Notes: a model not told the origin generated them from the sequence alone. A stretch of DNA of 64,000 nt from Dehalococcoidia bacterium (GCA_965226875.1 OZ245439.1:3271081-3335080), one strand, 5' to 3'; shown: positions 45,482 through 55,198, numbered from the stretch's first letter. Made by a program: numbers and translations.

Positions 45482-45813
45482 GCGGACACCGCCCGTTTTC
45501 TGAATTGATCCAGGATTTTCCTAAGGAACGCCTCGAAGGGATAAAATTGGGCTCTGAGCGCCTGGAAGTCAAAATTCAGATATCCAGAGCCATCGGCGAG
45601 GAACTGCTGCGAGAGAACAATGAGCTCTCTGATCTGCTGTGCGAGGCGGAGTTGGACTTTTCAGACAAGGAACTGGCCCAAGCCATTGAGGAGCAAATCG
45701 CGGCTGTTGAAGGGACTGAGCGGGCATTCACCTCGGAACAGCAACGGCATATCAAAGAGCTAACTAACGAGGTTCACAGTTGGATTGCGCTGAACGAATC
45801 AGTCAAGGTTTAA
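45478..45813 (+). CDS. putative cognate antitoxin, atypical (no recognisable HTH)
   Basis: ATGA overlap with the toxin stop. The N-terminus HRPFSELIQDFPKERLEG resembles the start of HigA-type partners. The remainder is acidic, helical and coiled-coil-like. Confidence 0.5.
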   Translation: MSGHRPFSELIQDFPKERLEGIKLGSERLEVKIQISRAIGEELLRENNELSDLLCEAELDFSDKELAQAIEEQIAAVEGTERAFTSEQQRHIKELTNEVHSWIALNESVKV

Positions 45814-45862
45814 TTCTCGAAGACAAATACCAGGCGCCTAAAGACTCATAGGAGGTTCAAGC

Positions 45863-47428
45863 ATGAAGTACGACTACATTATTGTGGGGGGCGGCTCGGC
45901 GGGATGTGCCATCGCCACGCGGCTTTCGGAAGACCCGAACAATTCGGTGCTGCTGCTGGAAGCAGGGCCGGACTACCCCGATTTCGAGACACTGCCCGAC
46001 GACCTGAAGCTGGGTAACAACGTCTGGTTCTCGGCCTACGGCGAGCATAGCTGGGCTTACCGGGGACACATGACCGACGAGCTGCCCGACCTGGAGATCC
46101 CCAGGGGCAAGGCCACCGGCGGCTCCAGCGCCATCAACGGCCAGGTGCTGTATCGCGGCGTCCCCGACGACTACAACCGCTGGGCCTCTTGGGGCAACGA
46201 CGAGTGGGGTTTCACCAACTGCCTGCCCTACTTCAACAAATTGGAGACCGACCTGGACTTCGGCGGCAGCGACTTCCACGGCTCCGAAGGCCCTGTGCCG
46301 GTCAGGCGCGCCCCGCGCAGCGAGTGGCTGCCCCATGCCGCCGCCTTTGAGCAGGCGGCCCTGGCCGAGGGATTCGAGATCTCCGAGGACATGAACGACC
46401 CGGAGTCCACCGGCGTGTCGCCTCGCGCCCGGAACACCCTCAATTTTAAGGGCAGCACTGGCGTGCGGATGAGCATGGCCCTGAACTACCTAGACATGGC
46501 GCGCCACCGCCTGAACTTCACCATCCGCGGCAGCGTCATCTGTCGCCGCATCCTGTTCGAGGGGAATAGGGCCGTTGGAGTCGAGGCCGAGAGCGGCGAA
46601 GAAATCTTCACCGTAGAGGGCAACCAGATCATCCTGTCCAGCGGCGCCGTGGCGTCGCCCCAGATCCTGATGCTTTCCGGCGTTGGACCCAAGGAACAGC
46701 TGGAAAAGTTCGGCATTCCGGTAGTGCATGATTCGCCCGGCGTGGGCAAGAACCTGCGCGACCATCCCTCCGCTGCCGCCATCTACCAGGCCCAGGGCGA
46801 CAAGCCCGACGTGCAGGCGCCGGTGATCCAGGTGGGCCTGCGTTACCAGGTGCCGGGCAGCCCCCTGGAAAACGATATGCAGCTCTCGCCCATGCTGATG
46901 ACCAGCGAACACCGCCCGGCACAGGTGGACATTGACGACGACCTCAACTATGTCGGCATGAGCGCCAGCCTGCAGTTGGCCTTGGGGCAGGGCGAGTTGA
47001 CCCTCCAGGCCAACGACCCGCACGTCCAGCCCTTCATCAACTACAACTACTACCAGGAAGAGGAAGACCTGCGCCGGATGCGCGAGGCCATCCGATTGGG
47101 CGTCCGCATGGCCGAGAACCACGGTATCTACAAGGACATCATCATCGAGCGGATAATGCCCACCGACGATGAGCTAGCCGACGATGCGGCTCTCAACGAG
47201 TGGCTGAAGCGCAACTCCGGCACCTCTCATCACATCTCCGGCACCTGCAAGATGGGGCCGGACAGCGACCCGCTCGCGGTTGTGGACCAGCACCTGCACG
47301 TCAAAGGCGTGGAGGGCCTGCGCGTCGCCGACGCCTCCGTCATGCCCGACTGCATCCGCGCCAATACCAACGCCACCACCATCATGATCGGCGAGCGCTG
47401 CGCCGACTTCATCAGGGACGGCAAGTAA
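45863..47428 (+). CDS. GMC-family FAD oxidoreductase (choline dehydrogenase-like)
   Basis: YDYIIVGGGSAGCAIATRLSED, GGSSAINGQV and the C-terminal HISGTCKMG...VADASVMP. Confidence 0.9.
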   Translation: MKYDYIIVGGGSAGCAIATRLSEDPNNSVLLLEAGPDYPDFETLPDDLKLGNNVWFSAYGEHSWAYRGHMTDELPDLEIPRGKATGGSSAINGQVLYRGVPDDYNRWASWGNDEWGFTNCLPYFNKLETDLDFGGSDFHGSEGPVPVRRAPRSEWLPHAAAFEQAALAEGFEISEDMNDPESTGVSPRARNTLNFKGSTGVRMSMALNYLDMARHRLNFTIRGSVICRRILFEGNRAVGVEAESGEEIFTVEGNQIILSSGAVASPQILMLSGVGPKEQLEKFGIPVVHDSPGVGKNLRDHPSAAAIYQAQGDKPDVQAPVIQVGLRYQVPGSPLENDMQLSPMLMTSEHRPAQVDIDDDLNYVGMSASLQLALGQGELTLQANDPHVQPFINYNYYQEEEDLRRMREAIRLGVRMAENHGIYKDIIIERIMPTDDELADDAALNEWLKRNSGTSHHISGTCKMGPDSDPLAVVDQHLHVKGVEGLRVADASVMPDCIRANTNATTIMIGERCADFIRDGK

Positions 47429-47524
47429 GCGCCATCTGATCTTGAGGTAAGCTCTCAGAGCGCAGGGGGTTTAGATTCACTCTCCTCTGCGCTCTTTGTA
47501 ATTTAGAACGTCTGGAGGGGTCCG

Positions 47525-49072
47525 ATGAAATACAACTACATCGTAGTCGGCGGCGGTTCGGCGGGCTGTGTCATGGCGTCGCGGTTGTCGGAAGACCCGG
47601 AGGCCACGGTGCTGCTGTTGGAGGCCGGGCCGGATTATCCTGCTTTTGAACAGCTTCCCGACGACCTCAAGCAAGGCAACAACGTCTGGCTGTCGGCCTA
47701 CGGCCCGCACAGTTGGGCCTACCGCGGCCACATGACCAACGAGCTGTCAGACCTGGAGATTCCGCGCGGGAGGGCCACCGGCGGCTCCAGCGCCATCAAC
47801 GGCCAGGTGTTGCTGCGCGGCATACCGGAGGACTACGACCGCTGGGCCGAATGGGGCAACGACGAGTGGGGCTTTACCAGCTGTCTGCCCTATTTCAACA
47901 AGTTGGAGACCGACCTGGACTTTGGCGGCGGCGACTTCCACGGCAACAACGGGCCGGTCCCCGTGCGGCGCTATCCTCGCGCGGAATGGCTACCCCATGC
48001 CTCCGCCTTCGAGCGGGCCTGCGTGGCCGAGGGCTACCCCGTCCACGAAGACCAGAACGACCCCGATTCCACCGGAGTGTCGCCCCGCGCCCGCAACACT
48101 ATCGACGGCGTGCGCATGAGCAACGCCCTCAACTACCTGGACCCCGCCCGCCACCGTCTCAACCTCACCATCAGGGGCGGCGTGACTGCTCACCGGGTGC
48201 TGTTCCAAGGAAAGCGAGCCGTCGGGGTGGAAGCTGAGAGCGGCGGCGAGATGTTCACGGTCGAGGGCGACCAGATCATCGTGTGCAGCGGCGCGGTGGC
48301 CTCCCCCCAACTGCTGATGCTCTCCGGCGTCGGGCCGGCCGACCACTTGCAGAGCTTTGGCATCGGGGTGGTACACGACTCGCCGGGAGTGGGCAAGAAC
48401 CTGCGGGACCACCCTTCGGCTGCGGTGCTGTACCGGGCGACCGGCGAGCGGCCCGAAGTGCAGGCCCCTATGACCCAGGTGGGTATGCGCTACACCGCCA
48501 CCGACTCCCCCTTGCGCAACGATATGCAGCTCCAGCCGATGCTGATGACCAGCGAACACCGCCCGGCCCAGATCGAAATCGACGACGACAGCAACTACAT
48601 CGGAATGAACGCCAGCCTCCAACTGGCGTTGGGACATGGAGAGCTGACCCTCCAGGCCACCGACCCCCACGTTCAGCCCTTCATCAACTACAACTACTAC
48701 CAGGAGGAAGAGGACCTGCGCCGGATGCGGGACGGCATTCGCCTCGGCATTCGCGTTGCCGAGCAGCCCACTTACCAAGGCATCCTGCAAGAGCGGGTCA
48801 CGCCCACCGACGAGGAATTGGCCACCGACGAGGCCCTGAACGGCTGGCTGAGGCGCAACTCCGGCACATCGCACCACATCTCCGGCACCTGCAAGATGGG
48901 GCCGGACAGCGACCCGATGACCGTTGTTGACCAATACCTGAAGGTCAAAGGCGTGGAGGGACTGCGCGTAGCCGACGCCTCCGTCATGCCCGACTGCATC
49001 CGCGCCAATACCAACGCCACCACCATAATGATCGCCGAGAAGCTCGGCGACTTCATCAAGGCAGGGAAGTAG
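47525..49072 (+). CDS. GMC-family FAD oxidoreductase, tandem paralogue
   Basis: Colinear with 45863-47428 and roughly three-quarters identical by eye, with the same motifs. Confidence 0.9.
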   Translation: MKYNYIVVGGGSAGCVMASRLSEDPEATVLLLEAGPDYPAFEQLPDDLKQGNNVWLSAYGPHSWAYRGHMTNELSDLEIPRGRATGGSSAINGQVLLRGIPEDYDRWAEWGNDEWGFTSCLPYFNKLETDLDFGGGDFHGNNGPVPVRRYPRAEWLPHASAFERACVAEGYPVHEDQNDPDSTGVSPRARNTIDGVRMSNALNYLDPARHRLNLTIRGGVTAHRVLFQGKRAVGVEAESGGEMFTVEGDQIIVCSGAVASPQLLMLSGVGPADHLQSFGIGVVHDSPGVGKNLRDHPSAAVLYRATGERPEVQAPMTQVGMRYTATDSPLRNDMQLQPMLMTSEHRPAQIEIDDDSNYIGMNASLQLALGHGELTLQATDPHVQPFINYNYYQEEEDLRRMRDGIRLGIRVAEQPTYQGILQERVTPTDEELATDEALNGWLRRNSGTSHHISGTCKMGPDSDPMTVVDQYLKVKGVEGLRVADASVMPDCIRANTNATTIMIAEKLGDFIKAGK

Positions 49073-49098
49073 GCGCGAACGGAACGAGTACGGGCAAT

Positions 49099-49136
49099 AG
49101 GGGCGCACTCCTCTGCGCCCCTGCGTTTTCACTTTT
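49099..49136 (+). terminator. rho-independent terminator
   Basis: AGGGGCGCA-CTCCTC-TGCGCCCCT followed by GCGTTTTCACTTTT. Confidence 0.6.
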
Positions 49137-49328
49137 AATACCAAAACCGAGTGTCTGCCTGTGTACCCGGTTAGCTCACAGGAGTTTGTCAAAAGTCGGG
49201 CTTCCTCGATAATATGAACTCAAAAACTATCCCAAAATTAACTGGCCCTCCTGATATACCGGCATCGATGACCAAAGCCCATAGATTCCAGAAGGATACC
49301 CAGCGAGAGCAGGACGGTCACTAAAGCC

Positions 49329-50474
49329 ATGAAACGCAGCGAAACACGCATACTAACGACCCACACCGGCAGCCTGCCCCGGCCCGACGGGCTGGTGGAG
49401 ATGCTGGGCGCGGTGGCGCGGGGCGAGCCGGTGGACGAGGCGGCGCTGGCCGGGGCGGCGCGGGAGGCTACCGCCGGCGTTGTTCGGGCGCAGGCCGAGG
49501 CGGGCGTTGACGTGGTCAACGGCGGCGAGCAGTCGCGTATCAGCTTCTCGACCTACGTGACGCAGCGGATGTCCGGGTTCGGCGGCGGCTGGACCCGCCG
49601 GGGACACCGCGACCAGAACGAGTTTCCCTCCATCGTCCGGCCCCGGGTGGTGCAGATCATGCGGGATGTTCCCATGTGCGTCGGCCCGCTGTCCTACAAC
49701 CGGCTGGACATTGCGGAACGGGAATGCGACGACTTGTTCAGCGCCGTCGCAGGGTCAAGCGCGGCCCACGAGGAACTCTTCATGACCGCCGCCGCGCCGG
49801 GAATCATCACCCTCACCATGAAAAACGACCACTACGCCACCTATGAGGACTACGTGTTTGCCGTGGCCGAGGAGATGCGCAAGGAGTACGAGTTGATCGT
49901 CTCCAAGGGTCTCATCCTCCAACTGGACTGCCCCGACCTGGCGATGGAGCGGCACGTGTCGTACCAGGACGAGCCGCTGGAGGCGTTTCAGGAGGTGGTG
50001 CAGTTGCACATCGAAGCCATCAACCGCGCCCTGCGCAACATACCGCGCGAGCAGGTGCGGCTGCACGTCTGCTGGGGCAACAGCGAGGGCCCGCACCATT
50101 ACGACGTGCCGCTGGAGGACATACTGCCCATCATCTACCGGGCCAACGTCGGTGCGCTGGTGATGGAGATGGCCAACCCACGCCACGCCCACGAGTACAA
50201 GGTCTATGGGCAGCTGCCCCTGCCCGACGATATGCTGCTGGTGGCAGGCGTTATAGACACCAAGACCAACTACGTGGAACACCCGGAGGTGGTGGCCGAC
50301 CGGCTGAGGCTGGCAGTCCAGGCGGCGGGCGGCGACCCGACGCGGGTGATGGCGGGCACCGACTGCGGCTTCGACACTTCGGCCGGTTCCAACCGCGTAG
50401 ACAAGGGAGTTGTCTGGCTCAAGCTGGCGGCCATGCGCCAGGGCGCCGACATCGCCAGCCGCGAGCTGTTCTAG
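49329..50474 (+). CDS. cobalamin-independent methionine synthase (MetE C-terminal domain)-like protein
   Basis: ILTTHTGSLPRP N-terminus, ...HVCWGN... and ...GTDCGF..., the MetE/UROD-like zinc-site pattern; 381 aa. Confidence 0.8.
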   Translation: MKRSETRILTTHTGSLPRPDGLVEMLGAVARGEPVDEAALAGAAREATAGVVRAQAEAGVDVVNGGEQSRISFSTYVTQRMSGFGGGWTRRGHRDQNEFPSIVRPRVVQIMRDVPMCVGPLSYNRLDIAERECDDLFSAVAGSSAAHEELFMTAAAPGIITLTMKNDHYATYEDYVFAVAEEMRKEYELIVSKGLILQLDCPDLAMERHVSYQDEPLEAFQEVVQLHIEAINRALRNIPREQVRLHVCWGNSEGPHHYDVPLEDILPIIYRANVGALVMEMANPRHAHEYKVYGQLPLPDDMLLVAGVIDTKTNYVEHPEVVADRLRLAVQAAGGDPTRVMAGTDCGFDTSAGSNRVDKGVVWLKLAAMRQGADIASRELF

Positions 50475-50851
50475 GGGCCGGGAGCAACCCGATGAACGCT
50501 GGACGGAGGCGGGAAGCGATTGCCCGTCAGCTTCTGCTCGATGGCTTCAACGACCCACTCGTCCATTTCCAAGCCTTCTGCCGCAGAGGCTGTAGCAATC
50601 CTCTGGTATAGCTCTCGGTACAGAGGCAGTTCCAACTTCCCAGGAAACGGCTTGGCAGGCTCAATGCCATCCTCCTCGCACGCGGCCAAATATACTTCAA
50701 TGGAAATTTGAAACTCGCGTTTCAGCCCTTCCACATCGGACGCCATAAAGTTGACTATAGGATACGAGGCAGCATTTATGACGTGGCCATACAGGAGGTC
50801 TATGGAGTCGTCAAACCCAATGACGGCGATGTAGCCCTTGTATTCCATCAT
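50471..50851 (-). CDS. hicB: HicB-family antitoxin
   Basis: YKGYIAVIGFDDSIDLLYGHVIN...VEGLKREFQISIEVYLAACEEDGIEPAKPFPGKLELPL. Overlaps the hicA stop (ATGA). Its stop shares a CTAG with the convergent MetE-like stop. Confidence 0.8.
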   Translation of the reverse strand: MMEYKGYIAVIGFDDSIDLLYGHVINAASYPIVNFMASDVEGLKREFQISIEVYLAACEEDGIEPAKPFPGKLELPLYRELYQRIATASAAEGLEMDEWVVEAIEQKLTGNRFPPPSSVHRVAPGP

Positions 50852-51102
50852 GGTACAACTCCTATGTCATTCAGAAACTTGGCTATGCCACGTACTGCCC
50901 GCCTTTCCATATCCGGGCTGGGGTGAGGACGATGTACAACCAAACTCACTCGGTCTTTTCTCAACCTTACCCTGGAACCTGATGCCTCCGTTACTTCAAC
51001 ACCCAAAGCCCGCATTAAAGCCTCGACTTCAGCCCACCGTATGTTCGCCGGAGTAGGGTGATCCAGAATCCGCTCTAGTGTGCGTCTATGTCTTCCCGTC
51101 AC
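50848..51102 (-). CDS. hicA: HicA-family mRNA interferase toxin
   Basis: 84 aa with TLERILDHPTPANIRWAEVEALMRALG...GSRVRL...VHRPHP. Confidence 0.8.
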   Translation of the reverse strand: MTGRHRRTLERILDHPTPANIRWAEVEALMRALGVEVTEASGSRVRLRKDRVSLVVHRPHPSPDMERRAVRGIAKFLNDIGVVP

Positions 51103-51241
51103 GAATACATACTACCATCAGCAAAGGCTGGGATACACGTTGGTAGTAGTCAGACCATTTCCTTCCAAACTTTCCAGCCCGACCCACCGGCCCGTATGGT
51201 AAACTGCCGACGAATTCTGTTTTTAACAGCGGAGGAACAGG

Positions 51242-52312
51242 TTGGCAGACAACTTGATTACTGACGAGGTGCGCGCCCTCATCGGGACGGAGATGGCGCC
51301 GGAGCGGAACCGCTTTCCCATCAGCGAGGAGATGGCCTACGATGTGGCCGACGCCACCGAGGACCCGAACCCGCTGTACGTGGACCGCGAGGCAGCGGAG
51401 ACGAGCCGCTTCGGGGGCATCATCTGCCCGCCGCTGGCGACCTGGAAGGACATCGCGCCGCCAATCGGCTACTTCGGGGCGGGGCAGGAGTCCCACTTCG
51501 AGGTTCCTCTGCCCTTCAACAGCTACGGCCTCAACGGCGGCAGCGACTGGCAGTTCCTTCGCCCTCCCTACGTGGGAAGCTGGATCACCCGCCAGTTCAA
51601 GATTCTCGACATCTTCCAGAAGCAGGGCCGCTCCGGGCCGCTGGTGTTCGTGGAGCGGCTGGAAACTCAGACCGACCAGCACGAACAGGTCATCCTGCTG
51701 GCCCGCCGCGTCAGCATTCACCGGGCACTGGACCAGAACGCCAGCTCTCCTCAGCAGGGTGCGACGGTGGCCAGCGGCTTGCAGAATGTCAACATCTCGC
51801 CGCCCGGCCCTGGCGAGGAGGTGCCTCGCCCCACGCCCTCCGACCGGCCGCAACTCTACTTTGAGGACGTCTCTGAGGGGATGGAGCTGCCACCGGTGGT
51901 CAAGGGGCCGCTGACGACGACCCACCTGGTGCGGTGGGCCGCGGCAAACGGGAACTACGCCCGGATTCACTGGGACCTGCCCTTCGCCCAGATGCAGCAG
52001 GGCCTGGAAAACGTGGTGATCAACGGCTCCCTCAAGAACCAGTACCTCGGTCAATTGCTGGTGGACTTCGCCGGGTTGGCCGGCTGGCTCCGCCGCTTCT
52101 ATGTTCAGCACCGGGGCATGGACTACCCCGGCGACGTGATGACGGCCAAGGGCATCGTCAACGGACTACGTGAGCTGGACGGCATCGGCCACGCGGATTG
52201 CACCGTGACCCTGACCAACAGCCGGGGGCACCAGACCGCGTCCGGCGTGGGCACGGTGGCGCTCCCCCGCCGAGGCCAGGAGTTGCCACTGCTCTGGCAG
52301 CCGGAGGACTGA
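51242..52312 (+). CDS. double hot-dog MaoC-family (R)-hydratase/dehydratase
   Basis: The N-terminal half has the MaoC_dehydrat_N/FAS1-like pattern (DATEDPNPLYVD). The C-terminal half has HLVRWAAANGNYARIHWD, a MaoC hydratase motif variant. TTG start. Confidence 0.7.
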   Translation: MADNLITDEVRALIGTEMAPERNRFPISEEMAYDVADATEDPNPLYVDREAAETSRFGGIICPPLATWKDIAPPIGYFGAGQESHFEVPLPFNSYGLNGGSDWQFLRPPYVGSWITRQFKILDIFQKQGRSGPLVFVERLETQTDQHEQVILLARRVSIHRALDQNASSPQQGATVASGLQNVNISPPGPGEEVPRPTPSDRPQLYFEDVSEGMELPPVVKGPLTTTHLVRWAAANGNYARIHWDLPFAQMQQGLENVVINGSLKNQYLGQLLVDFAGLAGWLRRFYVQHRGMDYPGDVMTAKGIVNGLRELDGIGHADCTVTLTNSRGHQTASGVGTVALPRRGQELPLLWQPED

Positions 52313-52313
52313 G

Positions 52314-53498
52314 TTGCTGGACGGACTGCGCGTACTCGATTTCGGGCCGGGCATCGCCCCATCCTTCTGCGCCAAGCTGCTGGCCGACTACGGGGCCACG
52401 GTCGTCAAGGTGGAACCACCGGGACAGGGCGACCCGGCGCGGCGCATGGGGCCTTTCGTTGGCGACGACCCACACCCTGAAAAGAGCATTCCTTTTCTTT
52501 ATGTCAATACAGGCAAGCGGAGCGTTACCCTCGACTACTCAACCGATTCGGGCCGCGCCGTTCTGCTCAAGCTCCTTGATGACGCCGACGTATTGGTGGA
52601 AGGATTCTCCCCATCGCAGACCGAGCAATCGGCAATTTGCTATAAGGAGCTGTCCCGCGCCCATCCGCGGCTGGTGGTCACATCAGTAACTCCCTTCGGG
52701 CAGGACGGGCCATACCGGGACTTCCAGGCCACAGACATCATCACCTGCGCCATGAGCGGGTTGATGTACCACTCCGGCGATTCCGACAAAGAGCCGCTGC
52801 GCAACGCCCTCGACCAGTCCCTATACGTGGCCGGGGCCAACGCGGCGGCGGCCACTCTGGTCGCGGTGTTCGCCCGGCTCGCCTCCGGGGAGGGTCAGCA
52901 CGTTGACGTTTCTGTGGCCGAGTGCCTGGCCGCCCACTTGGTGCAGCCCGTGCCATATTACAACTACATGGGCGCCACCAAGGGCCGCCGCCCGGTGCGC
53001 GGCTCCGGGTTCGAGGAACTGTTGCCCGCCCGCGACGGCTACGCGGTGCCGTCGGTGCAGGGTTCGCAGCCGTGGGAGACCGTCGCCACCCTCATCGGGC
53101 TGGAGGAGCTGCACGATCCCCGGTTCGCTTCGGGCGCGGGGCGCATCGCCCACGGGGAGGAACTCAAAGCCCTGCTCATCGAGGGGCTGGCCCAATGGGA
53201 CCGGCTGCCGCTGTTCGTCGCATCGGGCGAGCGGCGTCTGGTGTTCGGCATGGCCCAGGATGCCGGCGACCTGGTCGCCTGCTCTCACCTTGCCGCGCGA
53301 GGGTTCTATCAGGAAGTCGAGCATCCCGTGGCAGGAATCGCCACCTACCCAGGCATGGCAGCCGCGCTCTCGGAGCGTCCGGTTCAGGCCCCGACACCGG
53401 CACCGCTGCTGGGGCAGCACAACGCCGAAATCTACGGCGGGGATCTAGGATACGATGGCGACGAACTGGCAGCGCTGCGATATGCGGGGGTGATATGA
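52314..53498 (+). CDS. family III CoA-transferase (CaiB/BaiF)
   Basis: LDGLRVLDFGPGIAPSFCAKLLADYGATVVKVEPP is the typical CaiB N-terminus; 394 aa. Confidence 0.9.
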   Translation: MLDGLRVLDFGPGIAPSFCAKLLADYGATVVKVEPPGQGDPARRMGPFVGDDPHPEKSIPFLYVNTGKRSVTLDYSTDSGRAVLLKLLDDADVLVEGFSPSQTEQSAICYKELSRAHPRLVVTSVTPFGQDGPYRDFQATDIITCAMSGLMYHSGDSDKEPLRNALDQSLYVAGANAAAATLVAVFARLASGEGQHVDVSVAECLAAHLVQPVPYYNYMGATKGRRPVRGSGFEELLPARDGYAVPSVQGSQPWETVATLIGLEELHDPRFASGAGRIAHGEELKALLIEGLAQWDRLPLFVASGERRLVFGMAQDAGDLVACSHLAARGFYQEVEHPVAGIATYPGMAAALSERPVQAPTPAPLLGQHNAEIYGGDLGYDGDELAALRYAGVI

Positions 53499-54862
53499 GC
53501 CGCGCGCCGCTGGAGAACATCCGCGTGGTGGACCTGAGCCGGGTCTTCGCCATGCCCTTCGCCGGGGCGAACCTGGCCGATCTGGGCGCGGAGGTCATCA
53601 AGATAGACACCTGCCAGACCCAGTTCATGGAGACCACACGCACCATCACCGGCCCCTTCCCCGACAACCAGCCCGGCGAGCTGTGGTGGGAGCAGGGCGG
53701 CACCTTCCAGACGCTGAACCGGGGCAAGCGCAGCCTGACCCTCGACCTGCGCTCGGAGGAGGCCCAAGGCATCCTCAAGGAACTGGTGTCGGTCAGCGAC
53801 ATCGTGCTGGAGAACTTCACGCCCCGGGTGATGGCCCGCTTCGGGCTGGATTACGCCTCGCTGCGGGCGGTCAAGCCGGACCTGATCATGGTCTCCAACA
53901 CCGGCTACGGGCATTCCGGCCCGTGGAGCAGCTTCGGTGCCATGGCCTCGGCCCTGGAGCCGACCCACGGCACCGGCGCATTCATGGGCTACCTCGAAGA
54001 CGACGGTTCCGGCGCCCTGCGCGAAGGCAATGTCCCCAACAAGGTTGGAAACTCCTACACCGACTTCCTTGCCACCTGGACCGCCCTTGTCTCGATTATG
54101 GCCGCCCTGCTGCACCGGGCCAAGACCGGGCGAGGAACATGGATTGACCTGGCAATGTACCAGGCCGGGGCGTCCTTCATCGGCGAGGGATTGCTGGCCT
54201 ACGCCTTCAACGGCCAGCGCGCCCAACGAATCGGCAACCGGCATACGGCCATGGCCCCTCATGGCTGCTATCCCTGCTTGGGCGAGGACCAGTGGGTGAC
54301 CATCGCCGTGCGCGACAATGCCGACTGGCTGGCCTTCTGCCACGCCATCGGCGCCCCAGGGCTGGCCGCCGACCCGCGCCTTGCCACCGCGTCGCAACGG
54401 CTGATGGAGCAGGACGAACTGGACTCCATCGTATCGGGCTGGACTGGGGAGCGCACCTCGTACCAGGTGATGGAAACGCTACAAGGCGCGGGCGTTCCCG
54501 CCGGGCCGGTGCTGACTGCCGGGCAGGCGTTGGCCGATCCTCATTTCCGCCACCGGGGATTCTTCGAGAAGGTGACCCACCCGGCAGAGACGGGGTTGGG
54601 CGAAAAGGAATACATCGGCCGGGGCTGGAAGTTCTCGGCAAGCCAGGCTGGCATCACCGGGCCTGCTCCCCTGCTTGGCGAGGCCAACGGTTACGCCCTG
54701 CGCGAGATTCTGGGGCTGACCCCGGAGCGGGTGGACGCCTTGGCCGATCAGAGCATCATCGGAGTTGAACCCATCGGCGGCGGCCCCTCAGCCCAAGTGC
54801 CGTTGGAGACTCAAGTGGAACTAGGTTGGGTGGCGGCCTACGATCCAGGGTTCAAGGGTTAG
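53495..54862 (+). CDS. family III CoA-transferase (CaiB/BaiF), second copy
   Basis: ATG 53495 overlaps the upstream stop (ATGA), inside artefactual ORF 52922-54862. Contains LENIRVVDLSRVFAMPFAGANLADLGAEVIKI. Confidence 0.9.
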   Translation: MSRAPLENIRVVDLSRVFAMPFAGANLADLGAEVIKIDTCQTQFMETTRTITGPFPDNQPGELWWEQGGTFQTLNRGKRSLTLDLRSEEAQGILKELVSVSDIVLENFTPRVMARFGLDYASLRAVKPDLIMVSNTGYGHSGPWSSFGAMASALEPTHGTGAFMGYLEDDGSGALREGNVPNKVGNSYTDFLATWTALVSIMAALLHRAKTGRGTWIDLAMYQAGASFIGEGLLAYAFNGQRAQRIGNRHTAMAPHGCYPCLGEDQWVTIAVRDNADWLAFCHAIGAPGLAADPRLATASQRLMEQDELDSIVSGWTGERTSYQVMETLQGAGVPAGPVLTAGQALADPHFRHRGFFEKVTHPAETGLGEKEYIGRGWKFSASQAGITGPAPLLGEANGYALREILGLTPERVDALADQSIIGVEPIGGGPSAQVPLETQVELGWVAAYDPGFKG

Positions 54863-55046
54863 CGGCGCTGCGGCAGGGTCATCTGGTAGTTACCACTCCA
54901 TCCGGGGGGAGGTTAGGCCGGGGCGTACTCGTGCGCAAGGAACCATCGTCCAGTCCCGGCAAATCACCCTCACGTCGGCGCGCTCCCTCAAGGAAGTGGG
55001 AAGACCAATAAGAGACTATCTCAAAACGTGGCCCGGCACCCAACCC

Positions 55047-55070
55047 GTCATTCCCGCGAAGGCGGGAAGC
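55047..55070. repeat. GTCATTCCCGCGAAGGCGGGAAGC palindromic unit
   Basis: Same family as 23224-23316, located in the intergenic region upstream of leuB. Confidence 0.8.
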
Positions 55071-55198
55071 TATGGTCTTTACGGTCTGTTGCGCCTCATG
55101 GCGCAGGTTGAAAAGGCCCTGATCGCCTCCCCTACCCCGCGCTGGGGGGAGGCTGTATACTGTTGCCGGTTTCTGGCGCTGCTACAAGGAGGGGTTTC

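Noticed and set aside
52922-54862. A 646-aa ORF suggesting a giant fusion protein.
   Set aside because: The N-terminal 191 codons are an out-of-frame read of the upstream CoA-transferase. The real gene starts at ATG 53495 with the canonical CaiB N-terminus.
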